Positions 56,751 through 64,000 of a stretch of 64,000 nt of DNA are shown one piece after another. The position numbers and the translations under genes are program-made. The DNA lies in contig JBGPQV010000009.1 of the NCBI GenBank assembly GCA_041489255.1, positions 31,896 to 95,895 on the forward strand, read 5' to 3'. This DNA comes from Thermoplasmata archaeon (GTDB taxonomy: Archaea > Thermoplasmatota > Thermoplasmata > RBG-16-68-12 > JAFNFQ01). The notes beneath the pieces were generated by a model. It searched no databases. It was not told where the DNA came from and was given only the letters and a program-made list of their open reading frames with translations. Every line of letters begins with the position of its first letter. The first letter of the stretch is position 1.

Positions 56751-59566
56751 TGGGAGGGATCAAGGCGAGCGTCCAGAATGCTGTCGCTCGGACGAGTCGA
56801 CCTCAGGTCCTAATCGAAGAATGGCTCCCAATCGAGGCACTAGGCGTGGAATCCCGCCGAGAACGTGGTGCGAGCAACGCGCTGCCTCCTCTCTACTTTC
56901 TCCATATCTGGTGGGCCCGCCGACCGCTCACCGTGAGCAGGGCTGCGGTGCTTGCCAGCTTGCTCCCTGCGGATTTCCCCCAAGATGAATTCATGAAGCT
57001 CATGGGAATCCTCGGGGATCCAGTCAGAGCCCGCGACCGCATTGATGAAGCTAACAAAAAAGGTGTCAAACTGGATGTCGGATTCGACTATCCTCGCGCC
57101 TTCACCAACCCCGTCCCCCGGGACAGTTTGGAGAAATTTAGGAAGGCGCTGCTAACAACTTGGGGAGAGAAAACACCTACGATTCTGGATTCCTTCGCGG
57201 GCGGGGGCAGCATTCCCTTTGAGGCTTATCGATTGGGACTTCGCGTAATCATGAACGAACTCAACCCGGTAGCGTGCGCCATCGAACGGGCCACCATCGA
57301 GTACCCCGCCATCTATGGAGCTGACTTTGCGAAGGAAATCGAATCTTGGGGGAACCGAGTTGCCTCCGAAGTTGAGACGGATCTTGCTCCCTGCTTCCCG
57401 AAGAGGCAGGGTGAGGAGATCTTTGCCTACATCTGGGTGCGGACTGTAGCCTGCCCCGACTGCCACCTCGTTGTCCCGTTGAGCCCGAACTGGTGGCTTG
57501 ATACCACCAACAAGCTAGGCTACGAGCTCATCGTGCCGATGGACAAGAAGGCAAACGAATGTGCGTTCAAGATTTCGAAACAGGGGCAGAAGGGCTTTGA
57601 CCCCGATGCGGGGAGCGTAGCGGGAGGAAAAGGCAAATGCCCGAGATGTCCCGCCGTCTTGGACGGAGATTACATCAAGGGAGAGGCCCAAGCCGGCCGC
57701 ATGGGCCACCAGCTTGCTGTTGTCGGATTCAAGATGAAGGGCAAGAAGGGACGGCATTTTCGCGAAGCTAGCAAAGACGATCTCGAAGGCGTGAAAAAAG
57801 CCGAGGCACTACTGAAAAGAAAGCTCCCTGAATGGGATGCGAAGGGACTCGTGCCGAACGAGGAATATCCACGAGTGTCGAATGATCCCCGACCGCTCTA
57901 CTATGGAATGACCCGCTGGCGCGACTTCTTCAGCCCCCGCCAGCTCCTCGTGCACCTCACCACTCTCGAAGCGATTAGGGACTTACCATTGGAGAAAGAG
58001 CTCGAGACGGAAAGAGCGAAAGCCGTGAAAACCTACTTGGCGCTGGCGTTTGACAAGGCGCTTGACTACAACGCGTTGGGAACGGTTTGGCATCCGACCC
58101 GGACAAGAATTGCTCACGTGTTTCAGCGCCATGATTTTTCGTTCAAGTGGAGCTATGGTGAAATCGACGGGGCATCGCAGCTATGGAGGTTCGCTCTTGA
58201 AGGGGTTCTTGGTTCCTACCGTGACATCGCGAAGTTGTTCCATCCCGACCAGAAGACCGAGCTAACATTCCTCGTCGGGGATGCAGCGTCGCTTCCATCT
58301 GTAGGGGATAGGTCGGTAGTCGCAGCGGTCATCGACCCACCTTACTCAGCCAACGTCATGTACGCGGAACTCGCCGACTTCTTCTATGTCTGGATGAAAC
58401 GCATTCTTGGCGAGGTATATCCAGAACTGTTCAAGGCGCCGCTCACGGACAAAGAGAACGAGGCGGTCGCGAACATGGCGCGTTTCAAGGGGTTTGAGGC
58501 GAAGGCCAGCGAGCTCGCCGAGAAGGACTACGAGGAGAAAATGTTCGCCGCGTTCAAGGAACTCCACAGGGTTCTGCGGAACGACGGCGTCCTCACCGTG
58601 ATGTTCACACACAAGAAGAGTGAGGCTTGGGATGCACTGGCCAAGGGGCTCATCGACGCGGGCTTCGAGATCACTGCCTCGTGGCCAGTGCGGACGGAGA
58701 GTGAATATAGCCTCCACCAGGCCAAGAAGACCGCCGCCGCTAGCACCATCCTCCTTGTCTGTCGCAAACGACCCACCGCTGCCGGTACTCGCGGCTGGTG
58801 GGAGGATCTGCAGCCCCTCGTGCGGGACACCGCCTACGCGAAAGCCCAGGAATACTCCAATCGAGGCATCCATGGGGTCGACTTGCTCCTTGCCACGTAT
58901 GGACCGGCTTTGCAGGTTCTCTCCAGCCGCTGGCCTGTGGTAGATAACAAAGGAAACGAGGTCCGTCCGGAAGCAGCCCTCCGCGAAGCGAGCAAGGCCG
59001 TAAGCGACTTTCGATTCAAGAGCCTCACAACGCAAAAACTGGCGAATGTGGACATGCCGACCCGGTTCTACATCCACGCCTGGGACTTCTATCAAGCCCG
59101 GGAGTTTCCTGCTGACGCGGCGATCAAGCTCGGGCACGCCCTGGGCGTCGACATCGAGGATCTCATGAAGAAGTACGGCATTCTCAAGAAAAACGGCGAC
59201 TATGTCATGCTTCAGGGACCCGAGGAGCGCCGCAGAGCAAAGAGATTCAAAGTGGACGGTGAAGGTTCCTACAACATCACCCTGGACAAGATACATGCCG
59301 CCATGCTCACCTATGAGGACAAGGGGGCGCGGGGCGTCAAGCAGCTCTACCAGGCTACAGGCTTCCTCGCCGAGAAGGAGTATGTCGCCGCGTTCGAGGC
59401 ACTCTTGAACGCCTTGCCACCGAACACGTCAGAGTACGAGACCCTCAAAAACGTGGCGGAGTACGCCATGGAAAGCAAGGTCAAGGATAGACGAGAACAT
59501 CCTAAGCGGATGGTATCGAAGCGGCTTGGTGATTTCAAAGACGAGGGCGAGGGTGAGGCTGGGTGA
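56750..59566 (+). CDS. DUF1156 adenine-specific DNA methyltransferase with Zn ribbon
   Basis: LHIWWARRPL, DSFAGGGSIPFEA, CPDC/CPRC, IDPPY, FTHK and WPVRTE. Confidence 0.93.
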   Translation: MGGIKASVQNAVARTSRPQVLIEEWLPIEALGVESRRERGASNALPPLYFLHIWWARRPLTVSRAAVLASLLPADFPQDEFMKLMGILGDPVRARDRIDEANKKGVKLDVGFDYPRAFTNPVPRDSLEKFRKALLTTWGEKTPTILDSFAGGGSIPFEAYRLGLRVIMNELNPVACAIERATIEYPAIYGADFAKEIESWGNRVASEVETDLAPCFPKRQGEEIFAYIWVRTVACPDCHLVVPLSPNWWLDTTNKLGYELIVPMDKKANECAFKISKQGQKGFDPDAGSVAGGKGKCPRCPAVLDGDYIKGEAQAGRMGHQLAVVGFKMKGKKGRHFREASKDDLEGVKKAEALLKRKLPEWDAKGLVPNEEYPRVSNDPRPLYYGMTRWRDFFSPRQLLVHLTTLEAIRDLPLEKELETERAKAVKTYLALAFDKALDYNALGTVWHPTRTRIAHVFQRHDFSFKWSYGEIDGASQLWRFALEGVLGSYRDIAKLFHPDQKTELTFLVGDAASLPSVGDRSVVAAVIDPPYSANVMYAELADFFYVWMKRILGEVYPELFKAPLTDKENEAVANMARFKGFEAKASELAEKDYEEKMFAAFKELHRVLRNDGVLTVMFTHKKSEAWDALAKGLIDAGFEITASWPVRTESEYSLHQAKKTAAASTILLVCRKRPTAAGTRGWWEDLQPLVRDTAYAKAQEYSNRGIHGVDLLLATYGPALQVLSSRWPVVDNKGNEVRPEAALREASKAVSDFRFKSLTTQKLANVDMPTRFYIHAWDFYQAREFPADAAIKLGHALGVDIEDLMKKYGILKKNGDYVMLQGPEERRRAKRFKVDGEGSYNITLDKIHAAMLTYEDKGARGVKQLYQATGFLAEKEYVAAFEALLNALPPNTSEYETLKNVAEYAMESKVKDRREHPKRMVSKRLGDFKDEGEGEAG

Positions 59567-62500
59567 CACTGAGCCTTCGCTCACGTGTTTGGAAACCAGC
59601 ATACTCAGATGAAGAAGATGACATTGTCAAGGATTTCCTCATTCCAGCCCTAGAAAACAGCATCCGCTATGATCGCGCTGCCGGATTCTTTAGCAGCACA
59701 GTCCTCGCTGTTGCAGCGCGGGGGATCACCCGTCTCATCAAGAACAATGGCAGAATGAGGCTGATCACAAGCGTCAGACTCACTGAGGAGGACGCGGAAT
59801 CCATCAACAAGGGGATGAACGAGGAGGAGAAGCTCAAACAAGTCCTCTTGCGAGACTTCGCAGAAGCTGAAACCATAACAAATCAATCTAGGCTTCGCGC
59901 TCTTGCTTGGCTCATAGCCAAAGGATTGCTGGAAATCAAGGTTGCCATACCTATCGGGAAGAATCGAAGGGTTCTATCATCCGGCCCCGACAAGAATGAG
60001 CTTTTCCATTCCAAGGTTGGCATATTCACTGATTCCTCAGGAGACCAAATCTCGTTTAGCGGGAGCATAAATGAGTCAGCCATGGGCTGGACGACTCATA
60101 ACGAGCAGTTTCATGTTCACGCGAGCTGGAAAGACCCCGATGGTCACGTCAAGTCGGACATCGACTACTTCGAGAAACATTGGTCAAACAGGACAACTCG
60201 GGCTCGAGTGCACTCCTTTCCAGAAGCTGTGAGACTCAAGCTAATCTCGTATGCTCCAAAGGAACCGCCTTATGATGAACCCGAAGAAAAGCCCATAATC
60301 CCGGAACCTGAAATCGAGGAGCTGCAGAATGAGTTGGTACTCCTGCAATTCATACGTGATGCCCCGTTGATGGCGAACGGGGAAGCTCTTGCAGAAGCTT
60401 TTGCCACTTTCAAGCCGCGTCCTCATCAGCTTGCTGTGGCAGATGCGGTCACTCGTGCCTTTCCCGGACGATTCCTTCTCGCGGACGAGGTAGGTCTGGG
60501 CAAGACCATAGAAGCAGGTCTGATTCTAAAACGGCTCATAACGACGCAACGAGTGCGGCGATGCCTCATTTTGACTCCTGCTTCCATTCTCAATCAGTGG
60601 CAACAGGAGCTCTTCGAGAAATTCAATCTCGACTTCCACCGCTATGATGGTCATCAGCTGCAGGACTATCACAATCAAGAGAAGACAGTCACAGGCAATC
60701 CATTCAACTCAGTGAATCTCGCGCTCGCTTCCATGAATCTCATGCGGCGACACGAGCGCCAGACTGAGCTATTCTCAGCAGAACCTTGGGATCTCATCAT
60801 CCTTGATGAAGCTCATCACGCGAGGAGGCGGAATATCCTGTGGGGTGACAATGTGCCCAACCTTCTGCTGCGTCTCATGCAGGAGCTCAAGGACCGGACC
60901 GCAGGATTCCTGCTGCTTACAGCAACTCCAATGCAGCTGCATCTGTTGGAACTTTACGATACACTCGGCCTCCTGGGGACCAAAGGGCAGTGGGCAACAA
61001 ACGAGGAAGCCTTTGTCTCCTTCTTCGATTCACTGGCGGCACTCAAGAGAGGAACCGCTGATTATCCTTTTCTATTTGGCATGATCCGAGAGTACTATGA
61101 AAACGGCGGTTCTCTCGACCACGACTTTGCGAAGGAAGTGCAAAACCGCATAGGCATCGCATCATGGAAGCGAATCAGAGAATTGCAGAATTCACCTGAC
61201 CCAGCCAAAGCCATAGCCCGTCTCAGCCCTGAGGAGACAGCATTCCTGCAAGAATACATCAGCCGGAGCACGCCGCTTCATTCACTCATGTTCCGCAACT
61301 CCCGGAGTCTGTTTAGACGGTACAGGGAAAAAGGGATTCCCGTCGAGCCATTCCCCGAACGAGATGTTGAGGACGTTTTCATCGACCTCAAGGAACCGGA
61401 GGAACGTGACTTGTATGAGGAAATCGAAGAGTACGTCACACATTTCTACCGGAAGGCAGAGGCCAGAAACAACCTGATTCTCAAGCTCGTTATGCAGGGC
61501 TTCCGTAGGCGCCTCACGAGCAGCCTGGGGGCCATTCGCAGGTCGCTGATCAATCGTCTCTCCACCATCGAGGAGAGCGGCACCCTTACTGCGGGATTGA
61601 CCGACGAAGATCTCGACGATCCAGATGTTGAGGTTGATTTGCCGTCTCCGAGAGAGGTACTGAGTGAAGAGGCCGATCTCGTGATGGAGGAAGTCGAGTT
61701 CCTGAGGCATTTCATAATCGAGGTGGAGGAATTCAGGCAGGATTCGAAACTGGAGCGTTTCCTTGCCGATCTGAATCATCTTCTCAATAGAAATGAACGC
61801 GTCATTGTGTTTACGCAGTTCACTGACACGATGGATTACGTCCGAGATCACCTCGTGACCCTTTACGGGCTCAAGGTCGCCTGCTATTCAGGCCGAGGAG
61901 GAGAGATATTCGACCCCGCGACGAAAACATGGAGACAAATCTCGAAGGAGGATCTGAAACGTGAGTTCAAGAGGACTTCCTCCCGGATCAAGATTCTACT
62001 TGGGACCGAGGCGTTGAGCGAGGGTCTCAATCTGCAGGCCGCCAGCGCGATAGTCAATTACGACATGCCTTGGAATCCAATGAGAGTTGAGCAAAGAATC
62101 GGTCGTATCGACCGAATCGGGCAGACGGCACCCCGCGTGACTGTCCGCAATTACTTCTATCGTGGCACCATCGAGGACCAGATATACCATGTTCTCGGGG
62201 AACGACACAACCTCTTCCGGGAGGTTGTGGGCGAGACACCGGCGATACTCGCTATGATCCATGAAGCAATCAAAGAAGGCGTTACAATCCCTGAAGATGA
62301 ACGCCTGGCATGGATTAACCGGAAAAGGGAAGAGCTACAACAAAAGTTCGAACGCCTCAAGCAGGATCGCATCATTCTCGAGAATATGGCGGTGCCAACC
62401 CACCACGGCGGATCAGAGCCAGACTCTCCAGTTACACCGGACGATCTTGAGAGATTCTTCATAGAATCGCCACTCACATGTCGTCTCTTCTCAAAGGAGG

Positions 62501-63297
62501 GTCCGGAGCTCTATCGTCTTTCTTCTCCGCGGATGGCACTCGTTACATTTGACCCGAAGATGGCGGATGAAAGGATCGAATCAGTGTCCTACCTTTCGTA
62601 CGGATCCAGCTTATTTGGAGAACTCATGGCATCATTGCCCAAGGCGGAGGTCATTGCTCAGACGTCAGCACACGTTATGCGCGTGGCTTCACAGGGGGCG
62701 AGGGAGAGTGCGGCCTACTACTGCAAGACGAAGGCGCGGGGAATCGTCGAGATTGCGACGCTGCAGGAACTTTCCGCGATTGTGGTCGACAAGGAGGAAC
62801 TCGCATCATTCAAAGAAGAAGAGCTTTCCGGTCTGAAATCAAGCTTCAGCAGGAGAATCGAGATCGAACTGGATCGAGAGCAGGCGGCGATTGACGCATA
62901 CGAGGATGGCAAACTTAAGAACGTGAGAGTTGAGTGCAGGCAGATTCTGGATGAGTTGGTGGCCATAGAGAAAGCGAGACGCTTGGCCGTTTTCGCTTTC
63001 GACGACCTGACGGGCGTTGCTGAAGACGGGACCGTGCTGAAGGGTCTTCTGGATAAACGTGCCGACAGGATTCCCGCCTTGATCGAAGCATCTGGCGTCG
63101 ACGTTGGGCGATACGCTCTTGCACCTGCGATAGTGGCGAAGTACCACGGAAAGGGGGAAGAGGTACTCGACGGGTCGAAGGGGCCGCTCATCAAGAAAGC
63201 CGATGCGCTACTGCTGTCTTTCCGCTTCCTTCGCGAGAAAATCGGGAAGTCAAGGGCGTTGCCGGTACTCGATGTCACTATAGAGGGGCTTCTCTGA
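59563..63297 (+). CDS. PLD nuclease-SNF2 helicase fusion
   Basis: FHSKVGIFTD..GSINES, LADEVGLGKT, LDEAHH, LTATP, EGLNLQ and WNPMRVEQRIGRIDRIGQ. Confidence 0.93.
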   Translation: MTLSLRSRVWKPAYSDEEDDIVKDFLIPALENSIRYDRAAGFFSSTVLAVAARGITRLIKNNGRMRLITSVRLTEEDAESINKGMNEEEKLKQVLLRDFAEAETITNQSRLRALAWLIAKGLLEIKVAIPIGKNRRVLSSGPDKNELFHSKVGIFTDSSGDQISFSGSINESAMGWTTHNEQFHVHASWKDPDGHVKSDIDYFEKHWSNRTTRARVHSFPEAVRLKLISYAPKEPPYDEPEEKPIIPEPEIEELQNELVLLQFIRDAPLMANGEALAEAFATFKPRPHQLAVADAVTRAFPGRFLLADEVGLGKTIEAGLILKRLITTQRVRRCLILTPASILNQWQQELFEKFNLDFHRYDGHQLQDYHNQEKTVTGNPFNSVNLALASMNLMRRHERQTELFSAEPWDLIILDEAHHARRRNILWGDNVPNLLLRLMQELKDRTAGFLLLTATPMQLHLLELYDTLGLLGTKGQWATNEEAFVSFFDSLAALKRGTADYPFLFGMIREYYENGGSLDHDFAKEVQNRIGIASWKRIRELQNSPDPAKAIARLSPEETAFLQEYISRSTPLHSLMFRNSRSLFRRYREKGIPVEPFPERDVEDVFIDLKEPEERDLYEEIEEYVTHFYRKAEARNNLILKLVMQGFRRRLTSSLGAIRRSLINRLSTIEESGTLTAGLTDEDLDDPDVEVDLPSPREVLSEEADLVMEEVEFLRHFIIEVEEFRQDSKLERFLADLNHLLNRNERVIVFTQFTDTMDYVRDHLVTLYGLKVACYSGRGGEIFDPATKTWRQISKEDLKREFKRTSSRIKILLGTEALSEGLNLQAASAIVNYDMPWNPMRVEQRIGRIDRIGQTAPRVTVRNYFYRGTIEDQIYHVLGERHNLFREVVGETPAILAMIHEAIKEGVTIPEDERLAWINRKREELQQKFERLKQDRIILENMAVPTHHGGSEPDSPVTPDDLERFFIESPLTCRLFSKEGPELYRLSSPRMALVTFDPKMADERIESVSYLSYGSSLFGELMASLPKAEVIAQTSAHVMRVASQGARESAAYYCKTKARGIVEIATLQELSAIVVDKEELASFKEEELSGLKSSFSRRIEIELDREQAAIDAYEDGKLKNVRVECRQILDELVAIEKARRLAVFAFDDLTGVAEDGTVLKGLLDKRADRIPALIEASGVDVGRYALAPAIVAKYHGKGEEVLDGSKGPLIKKADALLLSFRFLREKIGKSRALPVLDVTIEGLL

Positions 63298-63429
63298 TCA
63301 TAGGATGAGGGCGCTTCGCCCTTCCCAGTGGTTTCGCTCACGGCCCCAGCTGTTTACTGAAGGACTCTGCAATCGCGTTGTGGAACCTCACCCTTTTCCG
63401 GACTTTGATCACGTCGTGCCATTCGTTCT

Positions 63430-63650
63430 CGAACACGAGATTCTCGACTTCCTTTCCGTTCGCACTTCAAGCGGGAGCTGTGGCTGTTCAGGAGAGGTTA
63501 CAACAGGGAGAGGCTGCACGGAGGCATCGAGTGGAAGACGCCCTCTGAGGTCTACAACGACAGAAAGCTGATGAGGAAGGCCGCAATCAAGCTTCAATAG
63601 CGGACATATGTCCTGATAACAAAGGCGGCCACATGTCCTGATACACTACA
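63430..63650 (+). mobile_element. 3' remnant of an IS481-family element with right end
   Basis: YNRERLHGGIEWKTPSEVY...TAG(63600), duplicated ATGTCCTGATA (63608, 63633) and terminal ...TACA at 63650. Confidence 0.75.
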
Positions 63651-63859
63651 ATTACCCTTGCCTTCCACGCAGATGTAGGCCCAATCTGAATATTCAGAAT
63701 AGCGTGCGAGATTCGCCTTGGCCATTGATATCCATTCGGCGGAAAAGTCGAAGGCATCGTGACCTGGGCGGATGTCCTAGACCTCAGGAAGATGAAGGCC
63801 GGAAGCGCGCGAAGTCCTGACCGAGGACCGTAGCGACCTGAATGTCAATTGGCTGTTAG

Positions 63860-64000
63860 TGGTATGCGACCCCCTCGGTTGGACAGATCCTGACCCGTTT
63901 CACTTTGCACTCACGCTCACCTCCTCGTGATACTCGCTCGGCGTCATCCACCTCAACCTCTGCTTCGGCTTAATGGTGTTGTAGTCCTCCCTCGCCCACG
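63860..64000 (-). mobile_element. Right end of an IS3-family element (continues beyond the window)
   Basis: Minus-strand EDYNTIKPKQRLRWMTPSEY...* (stop at 63900) and IR-like TGTCCAACCGAGGGGGTCGCATACCA. Confidence 0.75.

Overview
High-GC archaeal DNA, most consistent with a Thermoplasmata-type genome. This is an inference from the TATA/BRE promoters, leaderless genes, a tRNA with no encoded CCA and a pyrolysin-like protease. Roughly 1-27 kb holds housekeeping and cell-surface genes: the 3' part of ppdK, a PrsW protease, tmk, a HerA-like ATPase, a 2536-aa S8 protease with a WD40 insert, tRNA-Ala(CGC), large secreted or membrane proteins, a TPR-PIN protein, an antiporter and a GNAT. From about 27 kb to the end is a mosaic toxin-antitoxin/defence island: Fic, HEPN-MNT, VapBC, AbiEi/AbiEii, a second AbiE-like pair, NYN, several PD-(D/E)XK nucleases, UDG-like proteins, a phosphatase-UDG fusion and a complete DUF499/DUF1156/PLD-SNF2 restriction-like operon, ending in IS481 and IS3 remnants. 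Two structures stand out. (1) Six co-oriented pieces of one HNH endonuclease gene (31.0, 34.2, 36.2, 41.1, 42.1 and 44.5 kb) separate successive defence cargo blocks like cassette boundaries. (2) A compact module consists of a wHTH gene, phased 11-bp repeats, a small coiled-coil gene, a terminator and a degenerate 21-bp array of about 26 units. All family calls come from motif recognition by eye; no database searches were run.
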